A stretch of 64,000 nt of DNA from Vicugna vicugna (lineage: Eukaryota), in contig MU058645.1 of the NCBI GenBank assembly GCA_013265495.1, positions 496,001-560,000 on the forward strand, in the 5' to 3' direction. Of the stretch, positions 1 to 14,220 are shown piece after piece (the stretch's first letter is position 1; the number at the start of each line of letters is the position of its first letter). The position numbers and the translations under genes are program-made. The notes below the pieces were generated by a model. That model made no database searches and was not told where the DNA came from. It saw nothing but the letters and a program-made list of their open reading frames with translations.

Positions 1-89
1 GTTTCTTGTTCACATCGTCCGCACAGAGTCCTGATGAGTAAACTGGTGGCCCGCGAGTAACGCGGCAAGTGCACAAAATAGCAGTCATC

Positions 90-1700
90 CCACTCGCTGT
101 TCTCCAGCGGGCTTTGCTTTCCATCACGTGTCGGAGACATTCTTCAAGTTAGTAACTGTATCTGCATCATCATTTTTAACGTTACGCAGTGTTCCGTTTT
201 CTATATATGGCACGTTCGCCACCATTTATTTACTGTATTTTGTAGTTGTTTTGCTACTATAAACAATACTGTTGCAACTATATCCAGATACTTTAGCATA
301 CCTATGCACTGTCCTTGGGGAATATCGCTAGAAATTTAACGTCTAGGTCAAATGATACGTCACTTTTAAATTGATGTATGATGCCGAACACCTTTTCAGA
401 GAGGTGTACAGATATCCACTGTTTGCAGTAGTGCAAGCTCATGCACAGTCTTCTAAATCTTCAGTTCTGTTTGGTTCTTTCAGTGTTCTAAATTTTTAGC
501 AATCAGATGAGCAAGATAATCTAGTTTCTTGGGTTTTATGTTAATATTGTAAGTTCCTGACTGAAATCTCTTACTGTTTCTGATAGTTTGTCAGTTGATT
601 TCTTATTTTCCAGCTATCCAATCATACAGTCCACAAACACAGACAAGGCAGCCTACAACCTTCTGGTACCTATACTTCTGAATTTGAACTTTTGTCTAAA
701 TAGCTTAGTTACTTTCCTTATTCCTGGCTTTAATGGGAATACTGTCAGTGCTTTAAAATGCTGCATTGTGCTGGCTTTCAATTCAGATATGCAGTTTTTA
801 TTATATGTTATCATTGACTTGTTTGATCATTTCAAAAAGGATCATATATATTTTTAAAGTATAGCATAGATACAGAATTTTAGCAAATGCTACTTTCGTA
901 CTTTTGGGAATGAACATATGATTTTAAGGTTAATTTTATTAATTAAAATTATACAAGTGAAAGAGGCATTCTTTCTTAGAATAACTCATATTTGACTATC
1001 CGTTTACTGCCAATTTTTAAAAAATATTGAATTCGAGATTTTTATTTCAAATTAGATATGAAATTGTCTAGAGTTTGCCTATAACCTTTTGGGGGAGACT
1101 CATGTAATAAAGGTTTGGAGTTAGGCATTGAGTTGAATTCATAAAAATAAATGAGATATCTTTTTCTCTCTGCAAAAGCTTATATAAGAGATTATTGTTT
1201 GGAGATTTGAAAAAAAAGTTCACCCGTGAAACCATCTGAACTTGGCACATTTTTCTGAAATACAGGCTTCTTGACAATGGTTTTAGATTCTTAGGTGCAA
1301 TTTGACTGGCCTGGGTTTTCTTTTTCTTCTTAACTCAGTGTTGATCATTTATATTTTCTGAAAAACTTTTATATTTTATTCAGATTCTGGCTTAGATTCT
1401 TACACTGCCCATCTCCTCACATCGGCAGTTCTTTCTAGTATTTTGTCATTCATCACTTTTTATTGTTTTGTTCGTTTCCCCTAAAGAACCAAATTTTGAG
1501 TATGTCTATCCATTTGATGGTACCTTCACTTTTCAACTGGCTGATTTCTCCTTCTGCCGTTATACACAATTTATTTTCTGGCTTTTGTTCCCCTGAGTAC
1601 AGCTGTAAGTCTATTCTATAATTTTATATTATTTTTATTATAGCTGATGTCTACATAATTTGTCATTGCAGTTGTATTTCTCCTTTTTGCACTGTTTGCT
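90..1700 (-). mobile_element. Old L1 (L1M/L1ME-like) fragments
   Basis: T-rich antisense L1 texture with motifs such as gctactataaacaatactg and ctagaaatttaacgtctaggtcaaatg; boundaries approximate. Confidence 0.65.
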
Positions 1701-2279
1701 TTTTGTTCTTGTTTTTTTCTGAGGGAAAGAATTTCAACATGCTCAAGGGTCAAGGACATTTTTTCTGTTTCTTCTTCTGATAATTATTTATGGACTTAAC
1801 TGCAGCCTGTGCTAGACACCAGGCTCTGGCCCCGAGAAAGCCTGCGTTTCCCTTCTTACTTCCTCTGGGTCACTTCACCTCCTTCAAGGTGTCACTCAAA
1901 AGGTTCCAGGCCAAGGAGGGAACACATCCAAGCCTGCAGTTGGGAGTGCTGTGGGTCAGGGAGGAGGTCAGCCCTGCCCCCCACACCCACCCTAGCTCCA
2001 CCCCCAACCCAGGCCCCACCCCCACCCATGGCAGCCCTGCCCCAGCCCCAGAGCTCCTCTGGCTTCCATCCTCCTAGGAGGCACCTGTTCCTTCTATGAG
2101 CTGTTTCTTGCTGTTTATCCATTTTCTCATCCCTCATACCAGCCTCTTCCCTCTGACCGGACTCCTGTGCAGAATACTCCATCAAAATAGCTTGTTTCTG
2201 CCTGGTGGATCTTCGCCTACACATTTCTAATTTTCAAAATATCCAAGTCACTGTAACTAAGATTATTACTGGCGGGGAG

Positions 2280-3910
2280 AATAAGGTCACACCTATTTTC
2301 CTTTTAAATTTATTTCCCAGTCTTTTTTAGAATTTAAATTTCTTGAGAAGTTTATGATTAAGCTTTTTTTCTTTACATTTGTAAGTCACATGCCTCTTTT
2401 GTCTTGTGGTTTGTGGAATTCCTTCTGTAATCTTCAAGTTCAAAAGCTTCACCAGCGGATGTCTTCCTGGTACTGAAGAACTTTATCACATTATTCAGGA
2501 GCATGATAAGCTCCTTTGATGAATCTCTTTATTTTAGAAGAATTTTTTCCCCAATATATATTTGAGTAGCTCTTGTTGTATCACTGGATTTGACGTGTGA
2601 TTGTTGATCACTGGAATTATCAGCATTTATATCTCTGTTGTCTATATTTTTCCAATAATCACCATTTCTTTGCATCTTGTGTGACTTTGGTCATGAGAAC
2701 TCTGGTCTACTAATCCAGTTTCCTGTTCGTTTCACTATCCACCACTTCTGATTCATTTTTAGATCCATAATATTGTTATTTTCTGCTTAATTTCTTAACT
2801 CAGTTATGCTAGACTTTTAAAAAATATTATTCTGTTGGCATCTAATTTCTTTAAGAATCTGTTGTAAATAAGTGTTTTTCCTGTTTCCTGGGAAAGGCGT
2901 TTCTTCAGCTCCCATTGGTAAACAGTATTCATTTCCTTCTTTTTAGTGTAGTGTTTTAACCTGCCCGAATCATTTTACTTTTGTGTTGCATGTTGTTTAC
3001 TCACTTGTGTTAGGGGCGTTCCCGTCGGTCCTGCTATTTGCTTAAACAAAATATAAGTCACAGCTTCGTGAAGCTCCTCCTGCCTCCACTAAGCACCACC
3101 AGGTCCTCCTTTGAGCTCCAGCTAGAGGACCAGACGCCAGTGTTGTGTCCACTGTCCAGCTGTGCAGGTGCCTGGAGGGATTGGAAAAGCATTGAGGGCC
3201 ATGAGACAGCTGGACGTGAAAGGCTTTGTTTCGTGGCTTTTCTCAGAATTACGAGAAACTCTGCTGCATAGGTCAGCCCCAGGTCGGGGGGTGGCCTCTT
3301 CCACGGAAAGCCTCCCAGCTTTGAGTGGGGTGCCCGGTTCTGAGGCGGGAAGCTGCTGATGATAAAGCAGATTGGAGAGATGCTCCCAACCCTGTGGACA
3401 TTTGCTTCTGTGAGTCAGAGGGTGTTCTTTCTCCAGCCACGTTCGAAGCTGCAGAGAAGCTGAGTGCAGACCTTGCACCTCTTCTTCGGGACGACAAGTC
3501 AGAGGGAAAGCACCTGGCTGGGCTTCAGGCTGTGTTTGGGTTTCCTTTTTGACCTAAGTGCTATTTGGCTGCATTAGTTTTCCTCCTCCCTGTCTCTGCT
3601 GCCAAGATACATCAGGAGAGTCCCCAACACGACATACCCCATCCTGCCATCCACACACCTCCCCTCGCCTTCCTGGCCAGGCATCTGCAGGGCTTTGGAG
3701 AACGTGCTGTGGTCACCACTTGTGTGTCCAGAATATTTCCCACTTCATCCAAATTGTATGCTCTGAAGTTTTCATTTCGAGTGAGAAATTTTGCTCTATT
3801 CTTAGTTCTTTGTATTACTTTCTGATGACATTATTTTTGTGGGTTGAAGAGAAGAACCAGAGGAGTTTGCAAACATATAATTTAGCTGACATCTTTCCCA
3901 GAAGTTCTTG
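2280..3910 (-). mobile_element. Degraded L1/HAL1-like ORF1 and 5' region
   Basis: T-rich antisense LINE texture continuing the upstream element; family uncertain. Confidence 0.4.
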
Positions 3911-6900
3911 TCATATTCATTTAAATTAACTCAATATGAGCAGATTTGATTATTCCATAATATGTAATTTGAATATATGCATGACCATGCTAATGACATA
4001 TCTCCTGGGGTCCTTTAGCGTAAATATGCGACATCTTCTCTAAAGTCTTTTCAGAAAAGAGCTGGAGAAGAATTCATTTGGCTGAAAATCTCAAATCTAA
4101 CTAGTGAAAACAAAGGTTGCTTGTTTTCCTTAATCATGAAGTCACAGACACTTCTCTCATGTTTATCAAATAATGTCTAACGTTGATATTCAGATAATTG
4201 GATTTGCTTTCAGGGCTTGTGTAGAAGATGTGAAACGTGAGCTTGTGAAAATAATTGGTATTTTTCTCAATACAGGCTTTAGCCTTAGTTATGTGCGTGT
4301 ATTTACATCCTTCTTAGCATTGCTAACAACAGGGGCCTCATCGCTTCTCACCCGAGCAGAACTACACAGAACAAAGAGGAGAAAATAAACCAATGACTTT
4401 TCACTCCCTGCACTTCGAGACAGAGTTGCCGACCTGACGGGGGATAGAGCAGTTGATGTTTCACATAAGTCTTTCTAGTCGTTATTTTGATATATGCCTG
4501 AGCTTCAAAAACCTATTAAATAAGAACCTATTGCTTGGGGCATCAAAGAGATATGTTTGCCTGGCTTTGGCAAATTGCTAAGCGAACGCTCTCCTCCAGA
4601 CCCAATCAGCCTTCCAAACCTTTTTCTCCCAAGTTCCTTCTAAAGCCCTATGGATGGCAAGTTCAATAAAATTAGCAAACGAGTGCCTTAGTCTGTCTCT
4701 AAATGTTGAGGTTGAAATAGACAGATTTTAATAGCAGCGTTAATTTGGTATGTGTGGGAGGTTAATGTAAGTGGGGCGACTTCTCTGAGACCACAGCCAT
4801 CGGGCTAGAGAGCCTTCTGAGCAGAGTCACTCAGGTGAGAGCCGTACCCAGAGGACCCGCCTGACGCCGGCCTTGGCCGCAGCCGCCGGCAGATGCTGCT
4901 CTCACCCGGCTCTGGAGTCCAGGCACGGACAAGCTCCCGCTCCCCAAGCCTCCGTTTCTCAAACGCAGGGGAGGTAGCGCTTCACCCATAGACAGGATGC
5001 GACTGTACATTGTATGAGCTTTAGAAAAGATGTTTAAAGTCTTGGATTCAATGAAAACCTGGAACTCAATTAAATGGCTTTTATGGCTGACCTTCTGTGT
5101 ATTGCATCGGAGCCAGAAGCAGGGAGGTTCAGAAGCTGTTACCTTGAAGTGCTTACATGCCAGGCTGTGTTAGGCCATGTAAGCAGTGCAATGAATTGAA
5201 ATCCACCAAACTCTATGGAAACTTTTCTCCTTTCTCGTCTGAGTCCTCTGTTGGCTTTTGAAATCCATGGGCTTTGTACACACTGAGAGTCATCATGACT
5301 GCGGAGATGAATTTCCTCGTGTCTAATTCCCCAAGTAGGTACATCAAGGTGAAAACTGAGATTTCAAAAACAGGAAAACAAAAGTGTGAATGTATCTCTT
5401 CTAAGGAATTTTGTTGGCAGGCTGGAGTTGTCACTTAACATTTATAGGATGTTTTATCGTTTATAAGACGTTGTAATATAGATCTATTGTTGTCCCATAT
5501 CTGTGTGTGTGTGTGTCTGCACATCCTAACACAATCTGGGGCTGAACAGGGCTGGTGTTATTACTCTGATACATGAATGAAGGAACTGAAGCCAAGACCT
5601 CTTGGCCAAGTAAACAGGAAGCTTGAGAAAATGCAGACGTTCCCTGACTGTAAGTTTATGAGTCATTCCATGGAAGCTCATGATCCCCGGGTTGATGAAC
5701 GCCCACATCCAGGAAAGCTTCTCAGTCCTAAGAGGAGGAAATGTAATCTATACCCGCTCTCTTTTGATCTCATCTAATACTCTTCCTTAAATACCGAGGT
5801 ATTAGCAGATAAACCATGTGGAAAAGGGTAAGTAGATGAATTGCTTTTTGTACTACATTACACGATGGATTGGAATGGATTAAAATTTCATCATTCATCT
5901 TCTCCTGCCTCCAAAGCCCAGTGTTATTTTTACTATTTTGCTTAAGCCAACTGAATATGCTTACATGACTTATGCTCTCCAGCTTTGAAATGCATTTGCT
6001 TTATCCATCATACTTGCAGAATGATTGATGCAGGACAAACACATAATAAAAACTAATAATTACACACACACAAAATCCCCTGCCCCGTTAAGGCTAACTT
6101 GCAGTGGATGCGGGGCATGCATTTTAACCGTCTTGCTCATACATGTTTTGTTCAACATGTTAGGATCCCCGGGACTTTTTCAGGACAGCAGTGTGATTGG
6201 ATTGGCTGGCTGAGATGCATGCTCAGCCTTGAAGGAGGCCATCCGCGCTCACGCTGGGCTCCACATTGACTCCTCGTCTCCCCGAGGCTCTTCATTGAAT
6301 AAATAATGCATCAGGGGAGCATCTCAGGAGTCCTTTAGGCAAAATGACTTCTTCAGTGTATCAAAGGAAAAGTGTGGACAGGTACCCGTGGTACCCTGGG
6401 AATAAAGATAGTGTGGACAAATCAATACATATCACACTGCTGGATAGAAGTGCATATCTTTTAGACTTTTAGAAGTTATTTTCAGGTTTGAAAGTGGAGA
6501 GAGAAGAGGCATCGCCTTTATCTTTCAGGGCTTCCTTTTAAAATTCCCCAAAGATTGATGAGTCATGCAAGTAAAAATGTTTTTTCTAAGACAAAGTAAA
6601 AAGTGGAGAAGAGCCAACATTTCCATATTGGCATTCTGATTTATTATTGATGAGAAGATAATTTTAGGTAAACTTGCCATTTTTGAACAATATTGCATAA
6701 GGAAAGGAATTCAACCAAATGCGGACTTAAAGGAACATGCTGAGAACGACTGTAAGGGCTTCATACGTCTGGACACGGGGCTCCAGCTCCATGTCACGCG
6801 AGCCTTCCTGTAGCAGGAAGCACATAAAAATAAATCAAGCTTACGTCATCGTTATTATCACCTAATTTCCTCTCCGTTTGTCCTCTTGATTTAGACCTGA

Positions 6901-8499
6901 AGGTTTCCTGGCTCCTAAAGTCTGTCAACTAATAGTTCCCAAATTGGAAGAAATACCCAAGCTAATTCTCCACAGAAGAGCAATTCCGCGTCCTCTTCCG
7001 CATCTTCGTCTTGCACGAACGTTCTGTGCACGTGGAGGCTGTGGTTAGAGCCGCGCTGCTCCATTTCTGTAGAGCATTTCTTGGATTTCCAAGCTGAAAC
7101 TTGAAAACTCCTAGTGGACGCGGGTCTGTGTACGTTAGTAATTGCTCATCCACGAAGAGGTGCGAGGAGCGGGGACCCTCCAGCGACAGTGTGAGCAGGG
7201 GAGGAAAAAGGTCTCTCTCACGTTCATACTATTCTGTGTTATTTCACTCCCTATTCATTTTAACTTAGGCATTCCTTCTCTTAGGAAAAAATGTTTCCAA
7301 TTTCTAAAATTCCTGAGAAACCACTCCCAAGGTTAAAAAAAAAAAGTTTGCTTCCTTCTTAAGGGCAATTTGCTTTCAAGTATTTTGTAGTTTGGTCAAC
7401 CTGACACTCAATCTGCAATGTACCTTTCTCACAAAGGTTGATTTCAAGTACCTGCAGAAGGTGTGCATTTTGGGAAGCGCTCATACATTTTTGAAGCAGC
7501 CAACAGCGGCAGAAGGAAGTCACCGGTGTCTATAAACAGAGCTTCTGTGGCTGCCCCAGCCTTGGTAAACAAAAAGGAGGAACGTAATTTATTCTGATTC
7601 CTGCCAGAAAATGCCCAAGGCTTGAGCATTTCTTCAGGAACGTTATAATGAGTCCCAGCTGCTGCCCCGTGCCCAGCCGTTGGGTCCCCATGGCACCTGG
7701 AAGGGCAGGCACCGCGGAAGCAGCCCTCCTGAAGGATGGGCAGGTTTGCTCGAGTTCTTTGTAGAAAAGAGCGCTGCTCTTTCTTTCTGTCTCTCACACT
7801 GGAAACTGAAGAGGCAGAACGAATTGAAGAGAGAAAAGTGGCTAATTGGTAGAAATCAGAGATCGCAGGTACCACCTCTTTTGCAAGAGTTAAAATACAA
7901 GAAGTGGAGCTACGTGCTCACAAAAGCATTAGCCCCCGGCCTGGAACTTGCAAAGGCACTAAAAGGAGAAGTTACTGTTTTACTGCCATTGATCCAGTGC
8001 GCGGCGGAGATTCAGTTACTGCCAGATTTATTGCACGGGGGTGAATCCACCAGCAGCTAAATGGAGAGTCCTCTCTTTGCACTAATTTAGCATTTATGAC
8101 CTGTCACAAATACACTCTGTTCATCTTTTAATGCTTCCCCAGGAAATATAACTTCTCATTAAAAAATTTATTAATCTCACTACGTGGTAAAATAGCCAAA
8201 ACCGTTAGAATAAATAAGAAATGTGCATAAAATGCTGGTGAGTTGTCGCCTGTGAAATAACCTAGACGTTCATATTGTTTTCCAAGTCGGCTGCATCTGT
8301 GATTAAGCAGGTTTGCTGGGTCTACTTGTCAGGTTTACTTCTTTTTTCCTTAGTAATCTGATCTTCTGATTCACCAGTAGTTAGACTCTAATGAAGTAAA
8401 GATCCCTGCATTTTAAAAGTGATGTGCAGGACGAGGTAAGAGGACCCTGGAAAACCCAAGGAAGTAATGCCATTGGTCCTCCTGCCAAGCCTATGTAAC

Positions 8500-9050
8500 T
8501 GGCAAAAACAAATAAATGGAAATAGAACAAGTGCTCGATACCCAGTAAATATAAAGACTATGCAGCTATTAAAACGAATATGATGAAATCCCTATCAGTT
8601 AACTTGAGAAATTTTTTTAAAAAGACATCATTACTTTGACTTAGTGAGGAAAGTGAGATGCTGGGGAGGACAGGTCACACCCGTTTGGGTGAGGCGCTGA
8701 TCCTCACCCGGGCGTGCACTTGTGCACTTGTACGTTTGCACGTGAGGATGTGAGCAGGAAGCAAAGACAAAGGGTTCACGTGGGTGGGCTGGAGGGGCCG
8801 GGGGCAGGGCGCTCGAGAAGGGAGGGAACAGCAAAAGGAAACGTCTCAGGAAGAACGAGGGGCAGAAGACGAGGGAACACATGTGACGCCACATTGTTTC
8901 TGCAGTTAAATGCGTGTACATATACCCTAAAGGTGCCCAAGAACACAGTCGCCGATGTAGCCGTGGTGCCTCTCAAGGGGCAGATACTCAGGTGGTGTTT
9001 CCTCCTTTTTATATGTTCTGTATTTTCTAAATGAGTATGCGTTGTGTATT
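8500..9050 (+). mobile_element. L1ME-like 3' end
   Basis: gactatgcagctattaaaacgaat ... ttttctaaatgagtatgcgtt resembles L1ME 3' UTR. Confidence 0.6.
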
Positions 9051-9354
9051 ACAACACAAGTTTATCTCACTGTGATAAAAGTAATCAATATAATCAATAT
9101 TCTTTGGAGCAAATTCTGCTGAGTGGACATCTTTATAAATGTAACACATGATTAAATATGCAAAAAATTTTAAAAAACATTCTATAGCCAAAAATACCCA
9201 CGTTTTAGCAGAAATATGTAGAAGCCTTCAAACTAGTTTTGCACGGGGGCAAGAAATGCATCTAAAGTAGATACTTAATGTTTGACTATTTGGTCATTAA
9301 GAGAAGGTCAAACTGTTATTTATAACAAACCAAAATGTGTCAGAGAGCACGGAT

Positions 9355-9650
9355 GTTTGTGCACGTGCATGGCTTTCTATAAAAGCAGCTGGCACATGCA
9401 CGTGTGGACAGACATGCTTACAGACATGCATCCATGCCTAGAGGCAGGCGGGCAGGTATCCCTAGAGACATGCATGCAGACGTATGTGCATGTTCATACA
9501 TATGCACACCTGTGTGCATGCACGGACATTTGCACACGCAAGTACATATGTGCACACACGTATACGCAGAGACACGTGTGCATACAGACATATACGTATG
9601 CACACACCCAGGGAGACGTACACGCACATACACAGCTGCAGGCATGTGTG
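9355..9650. repeat. Degenerate alternating purine-pyrimidine tract (CA/TA/TG/CG)
   Basis: cacatgcacgtgtg...acacgcacatacac visible directly. Confidence 0.85.
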
Positions 9651-10704
9651 TCCAGAAAGACTGGCCCAGAAACCAGGACCACAGGATTCTAAATCCTCTT
9701 AGATGTGCTTCTGGACGTTCACGTTTTCCTGATGTGCAAACTGCAGGTCAGAACAAGGTCAATGATTTTCAGACCCGGCTTCTTCAAACAAGTACTTCAA
9801 GAGTTTTATAAATGCGTCATCTAAACAAAGAGACTGTTTTCAAAACTGGAAATAATAAAAACAGTATATACACAAAAGTGCTGTTTGTTACAATTTAACA
9901 CACTGGTGGCCACTAATCCATCAACAATTAACGCAGTTTTTATAGGGATCAGGAAGACAGTTTTTCCAAATATTTACCTGTGAATATGTCTGAAGTTCTT
10001 GTAATCATGTAATTGTTAGAAATCCTATAGCCCCACGCTAATTCTTTTTTTTTTCCCTTTTTGTTATCCACCTACCGTGGATGTCGGGCACTGTCGGATG
10101 GTGGGCTCTGGTCCACACTCACCATGTGCAACAGTGAACTCTGTAAAACCAGGACATCTATATGTGTGCCACATTCAAACTTTTAGAACTTAGAGCAAAT
10201 GTGGACACTTCAAATATGAGTTTTAATAAACCATATAGCATTCATTCAATTCGTTAAACTGTTAGCACACTTGGACATTCAGTGCAAGTGTTAGTAATGA
10301 AACTAAAACTTAAGTTGCATAACAAATCAAATAAATGTGAATGATTTCAACTTCCAGTGACATTGAAACACAGGCACTAAGGCATCTACGATTTTAAAAA
10401 CAAGGTCACTAAATGCCTCAAAATGTTGTAAAGTTCCTGAGAGGCTATTTTTAAACCAAGCAATAGGAATGTTTTAACCGGTTAAAGAACTTGGCTCTTG
10501 ACTTTCTCCAACTTGAACACATTTCAATTAAGGAATGCAAACAGTCTTCAGATCCTGTATTCCATTACGCTAAGATGAGCTTTTCTTTTGCAAATCTGAA
10601 GGTTTCTGTCCCCGGGCATGCCTCAGAACTGGTGGCGTTGCTCTGCAGTGGTCAGCGCGCCATGGGCTAGCGAGGGCTTTGCTGGACGGGCCTGGTCCCG
10701 CTGG

Positions 10705-10960
10705 TGTGATCTCACTGGTGTTCACAAATCTGTCCAGCTCTCCTTGCTTCCTTGGACATGTGGAACCCTTAAACATAACTGTTCCTTAGAAGTCAGTGGT
10801 GGCCATGAGACTGACTTTGTCCAGTGGGATGTGAAGAGAAGGGCTATGTGCCAGTTTCAAGTAGAAGCAGATTTTTATGCTTTTCTAGCACAAGCTCCAT
10901 TTGCTCAGTCACCAGCATCACATATGCACAGGAGATCCAGAGTGTGTTTGTGTGGCTTTG
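10705..10960 (+). mobile_element. MLT1J-like MaLR LTR fragment
   Basis: gtggccatgagactgactttgtccagtgggatgtgaagagaag resembles the MLT1J core. Confidence 0.55.
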
Positions 10961-11224
10961 AAGAGTAACAGCTTCCTGTGATAACCAGATCCTAGAGTCC
11001 ACTGTCTACAAAACTTCCGGGTTAACCTATTAGGTATATAATTTCAGAACTACTTAGTTTTACTGCCTTTTATTAAAGTTAATAACAAGACAGATATGAC
11101 TGTCCTGGAAGGAGAGGGAAGTGAAAAGAAAAGAGGGGTAATGAAAAAGACCTCAATTTTTCAACGTAAGTATTGAAGTCATGGCACAATATTTCCCTGG
11201 AGTTTCAGATTGGACCAACGCCGC

Positions 11225-11560
11225 TTCACGCTCAACACGTTATCTGTTCAATTCCTACCAGGCTTCGGGCACTGGACTGGGTTATGGGATTGCAGGGGTG
11301 AGAAAGATAGACACGGTGGGTCTCCTTACGGAGCAGAGAACTTACCAGGGAGGACGGGTAGCTCAGGGGGGACGGGCGCGCTGGGCCCCGCCTGCGGGGG
11401 GGGGTGTGCGGTGAGGGTGTCTCTCCCCAGGGGAAGAGAGAGTTGAGCAGGCGCCTGCAGGAAGAGCGCTGGGGTATTAAAAGGGGAATAGGGAGATTAT
11501 TTCCATCAGCAGGGACTAGACATATGAATGCTCAGGAAAAGAACACAGCCCACTAAGGAA
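11225..11560 (-). mobile_element. L2 3' fragment
   Basis: cacgctcaacacgttatctgttcaattcctaccagg...ctccttacggagc resembles an antisense L2 end. Confidence 0.55.
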
Positions 11561-12701
11561 CCAGGCCGCAGGAGCTCAGAGCAGAGGGGAGACACAGGGG
11601 GCCGTTAAGTGGCTCAGCTGTGCAGAGAGAAATCTGGTTTAGATGCAAATGACTCAGGCGCGTTTACGGTACACTTTTTAAAACTACCTTGAGTTTCAGA
11701 TTTCAAAAAGAAAAGTTTGTGAACCACATCTTAGAAAGAGAAAAATGTACCACTCTAGGGAATTTCTCAAAGACTAGTAAGAAAGTAAGTTTTAAAGTTC
11801 CCTGTAATCTACAAAGAATGAAAGCATATAGCTTCCAAAGCTGAAGACGGTAGGATTTTTCAGGAACTCGCAATCAAAGGCACACCAGGCTGAAGCAGCA
11901 ACGCTCTGCCCGCCTTAATGCCAATTATCTTCAATTTCAGAACCAGTTGGGAGCAGTAATTCCAGAAAACTTTACAAAAATAAGATACAGCAACTGTATA
12001 ACAGAACCTTAGTCTCTGGAACTGATTACAACAGTTGACAACTGCTACACGGCCTGAAACACCCTGGGTAACTGTGAGTTAATTACCCTCATGGCAACTG
12101 CGTTCCTCTTGATGTTAGCAGGTCAGTATTCCTGAACCTGGCCTGCATCACTTAAAAAATAAGAAGGGTAACTTCTTCTGTGTCACTGTTAGAATGTCCT
12201 TAAAATTGTGAGCTGCTAGAAAGTGTGAACAACTCTGCTTAACTCTTTCCATAAATTTTGACTTAATATTAAACACTTAATGATTACTTTTTGAGAACAG
12301 ATGATGGAATTAAGGGCTAAAGTCATAACAAATCAAATCTGAACCACAGCTACACAGAGCGAGCACTATTCAGCAAATAAAGGCACGTGTAAGAAGGATC
12401 AGCAGATCTGCAGGAAGTTGGGTAACAGGGTAATCAGCCACTGATACTGACAACTGCCAGTTGTAAGCTTTAGTCAGAAGCGTGTCTGCACATGTTTCAC
12501 AACGTAACATCAGCTCAGCAAACATTCAGCACAACCTGCACTTCTTTGTTTAGTTTTTCACATATTTATATGTTAAAAGAGATCTCATCTGTCATTTAAC
12601 GCAGTCAGGAGGACAGGTCTCAAAACCAGAAGTCCGTCCAGACACTTGAGGATCTCATTGGAAATGGGAATTCTGGGATTTTAATTCAAGGTAGCACTTA
12701 C

Positions 12702-12974
12702 TTTTCTCTCTTTTTTATATGTCTTCCTAATGGAATATACACAGATTATAAAAAGGCAAACATTAAAACACCTCAAATAGGGCAGTAAGCCAATAATGGA
12801 CCAGAAATTTGGGGTACTATCAGAGATACTCATGGAGAAGCTCCATTCCCTCTTGTACCCCTGTCTTCCTGAGTAAACCAAGCAGTCGAGGTCAGCAGCC
12901 TCTGACATGAGAGCCAAAAACTGCTCCATAAAGTAGGTTGTCTCTGCCTGGGGCAGGGGTGGGGCCTCCAAGGC
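12702..12974 (-). CDS. Putative coding exon B with transmembrane-like segment (ALEAPP...FWSIIGLLPYLRCFNVCLFIICVYSI-RKTYKKERK)
   Basis: Acceptor (ct)n cccag| and donor AAA|gtaagtg; 273 nt, fully open, phase 0 to 0, in frame with exon A; hydrophobic stretch followed by a basic cluster. Confidence 0.62.
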
Positions 12975-13159
12975 CTGGGAGAGAGAGAGAGAGCAGAGCT
13001 TGAGGCAAAGTAAGCCTGGTTCTGAAGGAGAGCCTCCTTGCACCGGTGCACTGAGGCTCCTTGGTTGGAGTTCCACCCAGAGGAACAGGGCTCGCCAGCC
13101 AAAGCTGAAGTCCTTGCATCTACTGCAAAGGGAAGACAAAAAACAAACCCTGGGCACCA

Positions 13160-13760
13160 CATCAGGAATTTAAAATAAGATTGTAACTATCCTCTAAGGC
13201 ATAAGGGCAGACGACTGTATTATAAAGCAGGAATTAAAGACCACATGGGTAGCTGGTGTGAAAAGTATAATGACTGAGAATAGAGGACACACTGATGGGG
13301 AAGCAGGAGCTGGCTAGAAGCAAGAGTGAATAGAGGGCTGGAAATTCAGCAGGAGAACTGTCCCAGGACGCAGTGGGACAGAACAGAACAGACACCCTGG
13401 ACAAAAGCTGGACTTGCGGGGGATTGAAGTAAGTTTTTCACATCAGGATAACAGGAGCTTGAGAAGGAGAGGAACATAGAGGGAAGAAAGAGATGAAGGA
13501 GTAGTGACCAAAGCTTTCCTCAGAATTAAAAAGGACATTTCAGATTTCAAGACTTCTCAAGTCCCAGACAGGATGGATAAGGAGGGCTCACATTTGGAAA
13601 TCACAGTAAAATGTAAGTAAGAGTGACAAAGATTAAAAAAATCTGAATCTATCCAGAGGAAAATTAGATACATACATACATGTATACATACATACACTTC
13701 TGAAAGAACAGAACCCTGTTTGACACCAAACTGCCCAAATAAAGCGGTATTTCCAAAAAA
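13160..13760 (+). mobile_element. L1M/HAL1-like ORF1 remnant
   Basis: A-rich LINE ORF1 texture (ttcctcagaattaaaaaggacatttcagatt...caagtcccagacaggat). Confidence 0.45.
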
Positions 13761-14220
13761 CTGCAGGAGGGGGAAAAAAAAGGAAGCTACTTTGAGTGGC
13801 CATGAGGATTTACCTTCTCACTCAGTTAAGATCTTACTCTTCCCTTCACATCCACATCCAATCCCTTGTCAAATCTCTTGATTCTGCCTCCAGAAATAGC
13901 TCAAGGGTAATTCCCCTGTTCTGTTTCCTGTGCTCATAGCCTATTTTATACCCAGATGACGAACCCTCTGACTGATGGATTGCAAAAGCTAACTGGTTCT
14001 GTCGAATCCAGCATCCCCGGCTCAGCCCTGAGCTCAGCTGAACTTGTCCTGTAGTATCTGGTCCCCAGCGCGAGTGGGAATCCCACATGAGCAAAACGAA
14101 ACTTCATTAATTTTTGATTGAAGAAAGTGAATGAATGTCCGCCGTATTTGAGCATAGTTGGGACTTCGCATAGATGAAAATGCTTTTGAATGGCAACATG
14201 TTCAAGAAAGACACCAGGAC

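Noticed and set aside
7444..8060. Overlapping 126-143 aa ORFs
   Set aside because: No recognisable protein or bounding splice sites; may be unique non-coding sequence.
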